Positions 46,454 to 56,019 of a stretch of 64,000 bases of DNA are shown one piece after another. The translations under genes and the position numbers were made by a program. Source of the stretch: Bacteriovoracaceae bacterium UBA6153 (GTDB lineage Bacteria > Bdellovibrionota > Bacteriovoracia > Bacteriovoracales > Bacteriovoracaceae); the NCBI GenBank assembly GCA_002428265.1, contig DIUR01000010.1, positions 3,639 to 67,638 on the forward strand. Direction: 5' to 3'. A model generated the notes under the pieces. It made no database searches. It saw only the letters and a list, made by a program, of their open reading frames with translations, and was not told the origin of the DNA. Each line of letters begins with the position of its first letter. Positions within the stretch are counted from its first letter, which is position 1.

Positions 46454-48079
46454 ATGAAAAAGTGTGTAATTGCTCTTTCTTTTTTGCTTGGTGCCATGAA
46501 TGCACATGCAATCGGAAATCCTAATGCTCCATTCGGTGGAGAGTTCAAAAACAATCTCGGACAGGCCCCTACAACATTAAATCCTCTTAGCTCTTCAGAT
46601 GCTTATGCAAGTGAAGTTCAATCGATGATTATGGAAGGACTTCTTACTAGAAATACAGACACGAGAGAGTGGGAGCCAGCTCTTGCAAAAGAATGGACGA
46701 TTTCAAAAGACCAAAAAGTTTTTGAGTTCACACTGAGAGACGGAGTGAAGTGGCATGATGGAAAACCTCTTACTATTGAAGACGTTAAGTTTTCTTTTGA
46801 TGCGATCATGGATCCAAAAGATAAATATAAAACATCTCACTTAAAGCCTTATTACGAAAACATTAAGTCTGTAGAAATCAGCGGACCAAATAAAATTAAG
46901 TTCACAGTAGGAACTCCATACTTCAACAACTTTTCTGTTGCTGCTGGTTTAACTGTTGTTCCAATGCACTTATATAAAAACCCAAGTAAAGAGCAAGAAA
47001 AAGTTCTTAACAGAACGCTTGTTGGTACTGGGCCATACATGTTGAAAGAGTTCGATCGCTCGAAAAGAATTTTATTAACAGCAAACCCAAACTGGTGGGG
47101 AAGAAGTATTCCTTCAATGAAAGGGATTCATAATTTCCAAACAATCAATTTACGTTTTATCCAGGATTCAACTATTGGTATCCGTTCATTAGAAAATGGT
47201 GAGATTGATTTCTTGGGTCTACAGCCAGATGAATACCAACAAAAAGCAGTTGGTCCAAAATGGGGAAAAAGTGTAAAGAAAGTTAAAGCTGAAAACAAGC
47301 AGGTTACTGGATACACTTTTGTTGGATTTAACCTTACAAACCCAATGTTTAAATCTGTTAAAACCAGAGAAGCAATGGTTCACCTTTTCAACAGAAAAAA
47401 CATTATTGAAAAACTATTTTTCAATCTTTCAACTCCTGCGACTGGGCCTTTATACCCAGCTAGTGATTATGCTGATTCAAGTGTGAAGCCAATTGAGTTC
47501 GATCCAGCTCTTGCTCTTAAAAAATTAAATGAAGACGGATGGAAAGATACTGATGGGGATAGAATCCTTGATAAAATGATCGATGGTAAGAAAGTAAAGT
47601 TAAGCTTCACTATTCTTGAACCACTTCCTGATTATGTTAGATACTTAACAGGATTCCAACAGGACGCTAAGAAAGCAGGTGTTGATGTTCAGATTAAAGT
47701 CGTTGAGTGGAACGCGTTCATTAAACTTCTTGATGAAAGAAAATTCGAAGCAGTAAGACTTGCTTGGGGTGGTGGGGACCTTGACTGGGATCCAAAACAA
47801 ATCTGGCACTCAGATTCAATTGCAAACTCAGGATCAAACTTCGTAAGCTACAGCAACCCAAAAGTTGATAAACTTATTGATGAATCTCGTGTTGTAATGG
47901 ATAAAAAAGTTAGAATCACGAAACTTCGCGAAGTTTACAGAACGATCGCTGCTGATGTTCCTTATATCTTTTTATTTAGCAATAAATACAGACTCTATGG
48001 CCACTCTGAAAGAATGGGCAGAGAGAAAGATGCATACACTTATGGTGTAGGTACTGATTACTGGTGGATTGCAAAATAA
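46454..48079 (+). CDS. peptide ABC transporter substrate-binding protein (family 5)
   Basis: PTTLNP, EPALAKEW, LRDGVKWHDGKPLT-x2-DVKFS, VGTGPY; ATG 46454. Confidence 0.92.
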   Translation: MKKCVIALSFLLGAMNAHAIGNPNAPFGGEFKNNLGQAPTTLNPLSSSDAYASEVQSMIMEGLLTRNTDTREWEPALAKEWTISKDQKVFEFTLRDGVKWHDGKPLTIEDVKFSFDAIMDPKDKYKTSHLKPYYENIKSVEISGPNKIKFTVGTPYFNNFSVAAGLTVVPMHLYKNPSKEQEKVLNRTLVGTGPYMLKEFDRSKRILLTANPNWWGRSIPSMKGIHNFQTINLRFIQDSTIGIRSLENGEIDFLGLQPDEYQQKAVGPKWGKSVKKVKAENKQVTGYTFVGFNLTNPMFKSVKTREAMVHLFNRKNIIEKLFFNLSTPATGPLYPASDYADSSVKPIEFDPALALKKLNEDGWKDTDGDRILDKMIDGKKVKLSFTILEPLPDYVRYLTGFQQDAKKAGVDVQIKVVEWNAFIKLLDERKFEAVRLAWGGGDLDWDPKQIWHSDSIANSGSNFVSYSNPKVDKLIDESRVVMDKKVRITKLREVYRTIAADVPYIFLFSNKYRLYGHSERMGREKDAYTYGVGTDYWWIAK

Positions 48080-48094
48080 TTAAGAGGTTTTCCT

Positions 48095-49132
48095 TTGTTT
48101 ACTTATATTTTAAAAAGATTATTGATAATGATCCCAACTCTGCTTGGGGTCACTATCGTTACGTTTGCCATTATCAATCTTGCCCCTGGTAGCCCAATCG
48201 AGCAGCGAATTCAGCAAATGAAATTCGGTGGAATGGGTGGTGAAAGCGGCGGTGGCGGGCACGGTGGAGACAATAAAAGCTCTGCTGTTAGTGAAGAAGT
48301 TATTGAAGCGCTTAAAAAGCAGTATGGTTTTGATAAACCAGTTCATATCCGTTACTTGATTTGGTTGAAGAATCTTTCAAGATTAGATTTCGGTGAGAGC
48401 TTTACTTATGAAGAGCCAGTTATCGATGTTATCACCAGTAAGTTTCCGGTCTCATTGCAGTTCGGAGTTGTGTCACTGATTATGTCGTATCTTGTTTCTA
48501 TTATTCTTGGAGTTGCCAAGGCCGTTAAGCACGGGAGCTCTTTCGACTACGTCACGAGCTTTTTACTCTTTGTCTTTTATTCGATACCAGGATTCATGCT
48601 CGCCATTCTCCTTATTGTTTATTTCGCCGGTGGAAGTTTTTATGACTGGTTTCCGATGGGAAATCTTTATTCAGATAACTACTATGATCTAACGACATGG
48701 GGAAAAATTACGGACAGGCTACATCACTTTGTGTTGCCGCTAATTTGTTACATGATTGGATCATTTACCATTTTAACAATGCTTATGAAGAACTCTCTTC
48801 TTGATGAAGTTAAGAGAGACTATATTCGTACTGCTCGTGCTAAAGGCCTGTCAGAGAAAGTTGTTTATCTAAAACATGCTTTAAGAAATGCCCTTATTCC
48901 TATTGTTACTGGGATTGGTGGATTCGTATCAGTATTCTTCGCCGGAGCTCTTTTACTTGAAATTATTTTCCAGTTAGATGGAATTGGTCTTCTAAGTTAT
49001 AAGTCTATTCTTCAAAGAGATTATAACGTCATCATGGGTCTGATCTTTATTCAAAGTTTATTGATGTTGATTGGTAACCTGTTGAGTGACTTGGCTTATG
49101 TAATTGTTGACCCAAGGATTGATTTCAAATGA
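48095..49132 (+). CDS. peptide ABC transporter permease (OppB/YejB-like)
   Basis: RLLIMIPTLLG, LDFGES, DYIRTARAKGL, HALRNALIP, DPRI. Confidence 0.92.
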   Translation: MFTYILKRLLIMIPTLLGVTIVTFAIINLAPGSPIEQRIQQMKFGGMGGESGGGGHGGDNKSSAVSEEVIEALKKQYGFDKPVHIRYLIWLKNLSRLDFGESFTYEEPVIDVITSKFPVSLQFGVVSLIMSYLVSIILGVAKAVKHGSSFDYVTSFLLFVFYSIPGFMLAILLIVYFAGGSFYDWFPMGNLYSDNYYDLTTWGKITDRLHHFVLPLICYMIGSFTILTMLMKNSLLDEVKRDYIRTARAKGLSEKVVYLKHALRNALIPIVTGIGGFVSVFFAGALLLEIIFQLDGIGLLSYKSILQRDYNVIMGLIFIQSLLMLIGNLLSDLAYVIVDPRIDFK

Positions 49133-50148
49133 TTGATAAATACATAAAGAATGAATTAACTCGCAAGCGCTGGAAGATTTTCAAAAAAAGTAAAGCAGCT
49201 GTTTTTTCATCGATACTACTTTTTCTTTTAGTTTTAGCTACAGTTGTGTCGCCGTTTATTGCTAACAGCAGACCTATTATTGTTAAGTATCATGGCTCAA
49301 CTTACTTTCCTATTTTCAAAGACTACAATACTGAAGACTTAGGTATAACAGACTCAATGGATGTTGATTACCGCGCTTTAAAAATGGAAAACGGTGATTA
49401 TGCCCTATGGCCTATCATCCAATGGGACCCATATGAGAGTAATGCGAAAGTAGAGTACTATCCATCACCTCCAAGCCAAGAGAATCTCTTTGGAACAGAT
49501 GATAGAGGAAGAGATGTTTTCACCAGACTTCTTTATGGATTCAAATACAGTTTCGTGTACGCAATCGCTGTATGGTTCATCTCTCTTTCAATCGGAACAC
49601 TTCTGGGCGGGATCATGGGGTACTACGGAGGAAAAGTAGACTTCGTAGGACAAAGAATTGTTGAAGTTTTAAGTACTGTGCCTCAGTTTTTCTTATTGAT
49701 TATTTTAATTTCGATTTTCTCACCATCACTATTTATGCTGATTGCGATCTCATGTATTTTTGCATGGATTAGTATTTCTTATTATGTGCGTGGAGAGTTT
49801 TTAAAAAATAGAAATCGCGAGTTCGTTGAAGCAGCGAAGTCTCTTGGAGCTTCTGACTTAAAAATTATTTTTAAGCACATTCTTCCAAATTCACTGACTC
49901 CGATTATTACTTTTGCACCATTTACCATTGCCGCTGAAATCGTGGGCCTAGCTGCTCTTGATTATCTGGGTTTTGGTTTACAAGTTCCTACACCAAGCTG
50001 GGGAGAGTTACTTGCTCAAGCTCAAAAGAACTATACGATTGCCTGGTGGCTTGCCGTCTATCCTTCTCTTGCACTATTTACAGTGCTTACACTTCTGAAC
50101 CTTATTGGCCAAGGAGTAAGAGATGCGATGGACCCGAACATGACTTAA
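49129..50148 (+). CDS. peptide ABC transporter permease (OppC/YejE-like)
   Basis: FGTDDRGRDV, EFVEAAKSLGA, HILPN, GVRDAMDP. Confidence 0.92.
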   Translation: MIDKYIKNELTRKRWKIFKKSKAAVFSSILLFLLVLATVVSPFIANSRPIIVKYHGSTYFPIFKDYNTEDLGITDSMDVDYRALKMENGDYALWPIIQWDPYESNAKVEYYPSPPSQENLFGTDDRGRDVFTRLLYGFKYSFVYAIAVWFISLSIGTLLGGIMGYYGGKVDFVGQRIVEVLSTVPQFFLLIILISIFSPSLFMLIAISCIFAWISISYYVRGEFLKNRNREFVEAAKSLGASDLKIIFKHILPNSLTPIITFAPFTIAAEIVGLAALDYLGFGLQVPTPSWGELLAQAQKNYTIAWWLAVYPSLALFTVLTLLNLIGQGVRDAMDPNMT

Positions 50149-50157
50149 AAGTTTTTA

Positions 50158-50192
50158 CTGTAGGGGTTAAAAGAAATATTTTACCCCTACGG
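50158..50192. terminator. hairpin between the convergent ABC operon and btuB, probably a terminator
   Basis: GTAGGGGT(T)AAAA...TTTT-ACCCCTAC inverted repeat overlapping the btuB stop codon. Confidence 0.55.
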
Positions 50193-51975
50193 TCATAATT
50201 CTTCCGCCCGTTCCAAATCCTGCTACGTCTTCATACTCTTTATCTAAAATATTTCTGACCTTCGCATAAGTTTGAAGCCTTTCATTCATGTCTACTGAGT
50301 ACTCTGCATGAAAGATCATGTAACTTGGAAGACTCACATTATTTCCGGCATTGTCGACATCCGGTCTCTTTCCCGTAAAGTCTGCTTGAAAATTAATAAA
50401 CTGATTATCAGCTTTGTGATTAAGAGCGATTTTCGCATTGATATTAGGCCTTCTCGCGAGTTTTTGCCTTGCCGTCATGTCTTTGGCCGAGAGCAAGGTT
50501 GCTGCCAGATCTACACTGGTTTCAGGAGAGATTTGTGTGGCAAAAATATTCTCAACACCGATAATTCTAGCTCTTCCAGCATTGCGATTTACAAAAGTTA
50601 CCGGCTCATAACTGTGTCTATTATCTATTTCTGTATAAAAAAGTGTCGAGGTGTTTTTATGGATAGCAAAGTATGTCTCAAACCCCAATTCGGCCGTCTG
50701 GCTTTTTTCCGGTTCAAGATTTTTGTTTCCATAATTTACATCATACAGCTGAAATAAACTCGGGGCCCTAAATCCTGTTGAGTAACTAAGTTTAATAAGA
50801 GAAATATCAAAATTGTGAAGAAAAGCTGCTTTGTAAGTAAAGTGCTCTCCAAAATATTTATTGCTGTCGACTCTGGCACCTAGATTAAAAACATTCGATT
50901 CAAGCTCATAACGATTATAAAGAAAGAAGCTAGTGTTCTCGTTATAGTTTCCATCTCTGTCGCTTTCATGTTGATAATCGAGATTAATATTTTGAGTTAA
51001 TTTGTCAGTAGTGTATTGAGTATGATTAATGGCGACAGTATCAAGTTCACCTTTATTTTTTGTAAGAGAGGCGGCCGGATTCAATGTATCAGCAAGAATA
51101 TGTAGTTCTCTATAATGCAGACTCTTGGAATAGTTAATACTTGTTTCAGCTTTGTCCCAATTGTAAATGTAGCCAGCCTTCATAAAATGCTGCTGTGATT
51201 TTAAAAAATCATTTGGATCATCACTGCCAGGGCCACCACCTTTATCAAGATCAGATTCATCGTAAACACCTCTGTAGTTTAAGGTAAATTCACCTAATGA
51301 TCCTAAGGTTTGATTAAACCCAGCAGAGACCGTTGTTCTTTTTTCACCGTCATCTTCAAGACCAGGATGAGCTGCGGAAAATCCTTTCGTCTTAAATTGA
51401 TCAACACCGAGACTAAACGAATTTGTGTCAAACTTCTTTTGAAAATTTGCGGATGCATTGAAAGTGGCAAAAGTTCCATAATCAAATGTTGCTGATCCAG
51501 AATCTTTGTCACTCGCTTTTTTTGAAGTAATAAGAATCACTCCACCAATAGCATTTGATCCATATAAAAGACCTTGTGAGCCTTTTAAAATTTCAATTCT
51601 TTCAATGTTATTTAGACTCAATCGTCCTAAGTCAAACTGGCGTGTGGTATTGCTCGGATCATTCATAATGATTCCGTCGATAACAACTAAGGTGTGAGAA
51701 GAGTCACTTCCTCGCAAGAATAAACTAGTATTCGCTCCAGGAGGACCTGATTGAGCAAGTTTTAAATCTGATTGAGAGGAAAAGAGCTCATTGATACTTG
51801 TGGCACGCTCAATTTCACTAGCTTCAAAAACTTTAATGTCAGAAGGGGACTTATCAAGTGAGCTCTTAATTCTATCAGCTCTTACGATAAGTGCACCATC
51901 ATCAGCATAGGCATTAAAATGAAATTGAAGGGTCAAGGCCATAAGGGGCAGTAGCGTGAATTTTTTCTCAAGCAT
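50167..51975 (-). CDS. btuB: TonB-dependent cobalamin receptor
   Basis: Plug motifs LVVIDG and IERIEILKGSQGLLYGSNAIGGVI, terminal GVKYFF, cobalamin riboswitch upstream. The real start is ATG 51975 after GGAGGA. Confidence 0.85.
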   Translation of the reverse strand: MLEKKFTLLPLMALTLQFHFNAYADDGALIVRADRIKSSLDKSPSDIKVFEASEIERATSINELFSSQSDLKLAQSGPPGANTSLFLRGSDSSHTLVVIDGIIMNDPSNTTRQFDLGRLSLNNIERIEILKGSQGLLYGSNAIGGVILITSKKASDKDSGSATFDYGTFATFNASANFQKKFDTNSFSLGVDQFKTKGFSAAHPGLEDDGEKRTTVSAGFNQTLGSLGEFTLNYRGVYDESDLDKGGGPGSDDPNDFLKSQQHFMKAGYIYNWDKAETSINYSKSLHYRELHILADTLNPAASLTKNKGELDTVAINHTQYTTDKLTQNINLDYQHESDRDGNYNENTSFFLYNRYELESNVFNLGARVDSNKYFGEHFTYKAAFLHNFDISLIKLSYSTGFRAPSLFQLYDVNYGNKNLEPEKSQTAELGFETYFAIHKNTSTLFYTEIDNRHSYEPVTFVNRNAGRARIIGVENIFATQISPETSVDLAATLLSAKDMTARQKLARRPNINAKIALNHKADNQFINFQADFTGKRPDVDNAGNNVSLPSYMIFHAEYSVDMNERLQTYAKVRNILDKEYEDVAGFGTGGRIMTVGVKYFF

Positions 51976-52070
51976 GATTCCTCCGCGGGTATAAGGAAGA
52001 TAAAAATGGATCGGGCTATAACCGTTGCGGGACAGCGTTGGAGTTACACCAACTTCACTTGTTTTTATCT
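51976..52070 (-). ncRNA. compact cobalamin riboswitch (class II-like)
   Basis: Minus strand: 9-bp AGATAAAAA/TTTTTATCT stem, GTTGG-TGTAACT-CCAAC T-loop hairpin, CTGTCCCGCAACGG core, short CGG-TTATAG-CCCG stem, and a TTCCT/AGGAA stem covering the RBS. Confidence 0.85.
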
Positions 52071-52102
52071 TTGAAGCTCTATTATTAAGGAATCCTTCTG
52101 GC

Positions 52103-52131
52103 TTTACAATAAAAATGCTCCGGCCTAGACT
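52103..52131 (+). promoter_or_regulatory. sigma70-type promoter of the btuFCD-like operon, probably leaderless
   Basis: TTTACA-17 nt-TAGACT, then 6 nt to ATG 52138. Confidence 0.55.
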
Positions 52132-52137
52132 TTTTAG

Positions 52138-53214
52138 ATGATGAGAACACACTTTATAGTTTTATTTATGCTTTCAATAATCACTATAAGCGTGTGTAAC
52201 GCTTCAGAGTGTGAGTCTGAAAAAGTACTCGAAGAATATAAACCTCGTTATGCAAAATTATTCTCTATTAAGTATTATAAAAATTTTAAAATTATCGAAT
52301 CTAAAAACGACCGAATCTTAATTGGTGATAAAAAGTCATTAAACTGTAAAACCAAATTATTTATCATGACAGATAAGGCCAGTCGTTTTGTTGCGACTTC
52401 AACAACACATCTACCTTTTTTAAAAACCTTCAGGCTTGAAAAAAGTTTAGTTGGATTTCAAGGCGTGAAATATATCTATAACGAAGAGCTTAAAAAACAG
52501 CAGGTAAAAGATATTCACTTTCAATTAAATGCAGAAGAGCTTCTTTCCCTGAAGCCAGATCTTGTGATGGCCTATTCTTCTAATTTAGCTAGTGAGAAAA
52601 GAATTAAAGACCTGAGAAAACTTAATGTTCCCATTGTTCTCAATAGGGACTTTGAAGAAACGCACCCGCTGGCCCGCGCTGAATGGATGGTTTTTTCTGC
52701 AGCTTTTTTCTCAAAAGACCAGGAAGCGAAAAAAGTCTTTATTGCTTTAGTTGATAATTACAATAGCATTAAGACAATCGCGATGAGAGAGGCCAGTGTG
52801 AAGCCTAAGATTCTGGTTGGTGATATTCAAAATGGTAAATGGGCAACTTGTGGAGGAACTAGTGACCTGGCCATATTAATTGCAGACGCTGGCGGAGATT
52901 TGATTTTAAAAAGTGAGAGCCCAGAAACTCAGAATATTCCACTAGAGAAAATTCTTGCAGCAAAGATCACACCGCAGTACTGGCTTTCACAAAACACTTG
53001 GACATCCAAAAATGAATCTTTAAAAGACTCACGCTATGGGCAATTTAAAACGATTCCTCTTTATAACAATAATAATTTAGTGAATGTGAATGGCTTTAAT
53101 GATTACTGGGAAACAGGTGTTTCAAGGCCAGATTTGCTATTGCAAGATCTCTACAATATTTTCACTTCACAAAAAAATCCCAATCAGAAACTGATATGGT
53201 ATAAAAAATTATAA
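52138..53214 (+). CDS. cobalamin/iron-chelate ABC transporter substrate-binding protein (BtuF-like)
   Basis: TSTTH, SLKPDLV, HPLARAEW and DYWETGVSRPDLLL motifs; divergent from btuB. Confidence 0.8.
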   Translation: MMRTHFIVLFMLSIITISVCNASECESEKVLEEYKPRYAKLFSIKYYKNFKIIESKNDRILIGDKKSLNCKTKLFIMTDKASRFVATSTTHLPFLKTFRLEKSLVGFQGVKYIYNEELKKQQVKDIHFQLNAEELLSLKPDLVMAYSSNLASEKRIKDLRKLNVPIVLNRDFEETHPLARAEWMVFSAAFFSKDQEAKKVFIALVDNYNSIKTIAMREASVKPKILVGDIQNGKWATCGGTSDLAILIADAGGDLILKSESPETQNIPLEKILAAKITPQYWLSQNTWTSKNESLKDSRYGQFKTIPLYNNNNLVNVNGFNDYWETGVSRPDLLLQDLYNIFTSQKNPNQKLIWYKKL

Positions 53215-54173
53215 TGAATACCAGATCACTGATAACATTGTTGAGCTTTTTATTGATAACGGTTTTGTTGTCATTGGTGCTCATTAGTTATGGCGATGTC
53301 GGTTTTACCTTAAGTGACGAAGTCGTCGTCTGGCAGCTTCGCTTTCCAAAAATTATTGTGGCCTTTTTTGCTGGAGGATTACTTGCTTCTGCGGGTCTTC
53401 TTCTTCAGGTTTTTTTCCAAAACCCATTAGCTGGCCCTGATCTTTTAGGGATCAATGCAGGTTCGAGTTTAGGTGTGGCCCTTTTTATAATGGCTTCAGG
53501 ATTTCTCCCAGAATCTGTAATGACTATTGGTCAGCCCTTTATGGCGATGATAGGAGCAATGGGAGTCTTTACCTTGCTGGCCTTTCTTGTTCATAAGAAT
53601 TTAAGTCGCATCAGTCTTTTAATTTTAGGTCTTTTAATCGCTAGCTTCACATCAAGCTTTATCAGTGTTCTGGTAAACATGACTCCAAGCCTGCAAGTCA
53701 AAAACTTTTTAATGTGGTCGATGGGAAGTTTTCAAGGGCAAACCTTAGAAGAGCTTCCACTTTTTATCTTTTTATCATTTGTGGGAATTTTACTTTTAAT
53801 CACCCTTCCTAAAAAGCTAAATCAATTCATTATAGGCGAGCAGTATGCAAAAAGCATGGGGATGAATGTTCGCTCATTTAAATTTTCGTTAATATTGATT
53901 TGCTCATTATTGGTTGCAACTGTCACAGCTTTTTGCGGGCCAATTGGTTTTATTGGAATCATCGCTCCTCATATTGCTAGAAGCTTTCTTAAGCGCAGTG
54001 ATATTCGCCTGGTGATGCCAGCGGTTTTTTTAATAGGAAGTGCTCTGGCGCTTTTTACGGAACTGATTTTGATATTTACCAGTCAATACTCTTTGGCAAC
54101 AAATTCGATCCTCGGTCTTATAGGTGCTCCGGTCATCGCTCTTTATTTATATAAAGAAAGGAGAATGCTGTGA
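53214..54173 (+). CDS. FecCD/BtuC family permease
   Basis: QNPLAGPDLLG, GEQYAKSMG, GPIGFIGIIAPHIAR. Confidence 0.9.
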   Translation: MNTRSLITLLSFLLITVLLSLVLISYGDVGFTLSDEVVVWQLRFPKIIVAFFAGGLLASAGLLLQVFFQNPLAGPDLLGINAGSSLGVALFIMASGFLPESVMTIGQPFMAMIGAMGVFTLLAFLVHKNLSRISLLILGLLIASFTSSFISVLVNMTPSLQVKNFLMWSMGSFQGQTLEELPLFIFLSFVGILLLITLPKKLNQFIIGEQYAKSMGMNVRSFKFSLILICSLLVATVTAFCGPIGFIGIIAPHIARSFLKRSDIRLVMPAVFLIGSALALFTELILIFTSQYSLATNSILGLIGAPVIALYLYKERRML

Positions 54174-54883
54174 TTGAATTTAAAAATCTCAGTGTGGGCT
54201 TTAATAATAAAACCCTTCTTAAAGACCTTGATGGGAAAATTGAAAAAGGTCAGCTGATTGCTTTAATGGGAGTTAATGGAGCAGGGAAGAGTTGTTTACT
54301 TAAAACACTTACCGCTCTTAATCCAAAACGATCAGGAGAGCTGAGTCTTGATAAAGTTAGTTATGAATCAAGTTCACCATTAGATCTTGCTAAAAAAATG
54401 GCCGTCGTTTTAACAGAAAAAATTCATGCCGATTTTTTAAAAGTTATTGAACTCATTCATTTGGGACGCTCTCCTTATACTGATGTCTGGGGAAATCTGA
54501 GCGATGCTGACTCAAAAAGCATTTTTGAAGTTATTAGTCTTTTAAAATTAGAACGAATACAGAACAATTTTTTCTCAGAATTAAGTGACGGACAAAAACA
54601 AAAAGTTCTCTTGGCCCGTGCACTTGTGCAGGCTCCACAGTATTTATTTTTAGATGAGCCGACAACTTATCTGGATATTCCTTCAAAAGTAGAGTTAATG
54701 AAAACACTGAAGCAGCTCTCTCATGAAAAGCAAATGGCCGTTTTTTTTAGCACTCACGATTTAAATTTAATTGAAGATGTTGTGGATTTTATCTGGCTGA
54801 TAGATGCAGATGGTGTTTTGCATATCAAAAGCCCTGAAGATTTAAGATCCTCTGGGCTTCTGAAAACAAATTTTAATATTTAG
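54170..54883 (+). CDS. ABC ATPase (BtuD/FecE-like)
   Basis: GVNGAGKS, LSDGQKQKVLLARAL, LDEPTTYLD, STHD. Confidence 0.92.
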   Translation: MIEFKNLSVGFNNKTLLKDLDGKIEKGQLIALMGVNGAGKSCLLKTLTALNPKRSGELSLDKVSYESSSPLDLAKKMAVVLTEKIHADFLKVIELIHLGRSPYTDVWGNLSDADSKSIFEVISLLKLERIQNNFFSELSDGQKQKVLLARALVQAPQYLFLDEPTTYLDIPSKVELMKTLKQLSHEKQMAVFFSTHDLNLIEDVVDFIWLIDADGVLHIKSPEDLRSSGLLKTNFNI

Positions 54884-55950
54884 ATTTGAACGAGAGTCAC
54901 ATCAATTGTTCTCTCTTTTCCCTCTCTGACAATTTTCACTTTAACGGTCTCACCAATTTTGAATTTATTAACAGTAGTGTAAAGATCGTCATAACTCTTA
55001 ATTGTTTCATTGTTAATTCCAACGATGATGTCTCCGAGAATATACTGACCTCTGCGGTTACTCATAATTCCTTTCAGACCAGCTTTAGATGCAGGACCTT
55101 TGGGGTCGACAAATTTTACGACAACTCCATCACGAAGACCCATTCTTGCAGCATAATAATCTTCAAGGATCGCAATTCCCAATCCTGGACGATTTACTTT
55201 TCCGAATTGAATCAGTTGAGGAACAACATCTTTAACAATATTTACGGGAATAGCGAAACCAAGGCCAGCGCTTGCTGATGATCCTCCAGCATTATAGATC
55301 ATGGTGTTGATACCAATTAATCTACCTTGTGAATCGAGAAGGGCCCCACCAGAGTTTCCAGGGTTAATAGAAGCATCTGTTTGAATCATTCCGTTAATAG
55401 AGACACCACCGATACCTTTAATCTTTCTATCTAGAGCAGAAACTGATCCTGTTGTTAATGTATGATCTAATCCAAGTGGATTTCCAATCGCCAGAGCTTT
55501 TTGACCAACTAAAAGGGTTTTAGAATCTCCTCTTGAAATAGCTTTTAAATTTTTAGGAATTTCTTCCAATTTTAAAACAGCTAAGTCATTTTTTGGATCT
55601 ACGCCAACAACTTTAGCGCGGTATTGTTTTTTGTCTTCGCGAAAAGCGATTGAGAATGCATCTCCATCTGCCACTACGTGATAGTTCGTTACGATATGCC
55701 CTAGATTGTCCCACACAAGCCCTGAGCCCATTCCGGCCTGCACTTCTGTGACATCCATATCAAAGCGGCCTTGAGTCTTTCTAAGGTTGCTTACGTTCAC
55801 AACAGAGTCTGCTGTATTTTGAAAAACGGCGATTGAGTTTTTTTCCGTTTCAAGCAGCATAGCGACTTCTTTTTTAGCAGTTTGCTGCTGCGAAAATGCT
55901 GGTACTGAAAAACATAGCGAAAACACAACCAAAAGACTTAACTTCTGCAT
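54880..55950 (-). CDS. HtrA/DegP family serine protease (S1C, one PDZ)
   Basis: TNYHVV, DLAVLK, QTDASINPGNSGG, C-terminal PDZ; ATG 55950 after GGAGG. Confidence 0.93.
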   Translation of the reverse strand: MQKLSLLVVFSLCFSVPAFSQQQTAKKEVAMLLETEKNSIAVFQNTADSVVNVSNLRKTQGRFDMDVTEVQAGMGSGLVWDNLGHIVTNYHVVADGDAFSIAFREDKKQYRAKVVGVDPKNDLAVLKLEEIPKNLKAISRGDSKTLLVGQKALAIGNPLGLDHTLTTGSVSALDRKIKGIGGVSINGMIQTDASINPGNSGGALLDSQGRLIGINTMIYNAGGSSASAGLGFAIPVNIVKDVVPQLIQFGKVNRPGLGIAILEDYYAARMGLRDGVVVKFVDPKGPASKAGLKGIMSNRRGQYILGDIIVGINNETIKSYDDLYTTVNKFKIGETVKVKIVREGKERTIDVTLVQI

Positions 55951-56019
55951 GAACTCCTCCTTGCATCGAATGTACTCTATAGATATAATCCCGGAATAGA
56001 TTTTGATCAAGAGGCCATT

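Noticed and set aside
50308-50757. 149-aa plus-strand ORF, and similar antisense ORFs (1736-2059, 13329-13697, 40556-40918, 54886-55278 and others)
   Set aside because: They lie wholly opposite well-supported genes, lack RBS and motifs, and are typical antisense shadows.
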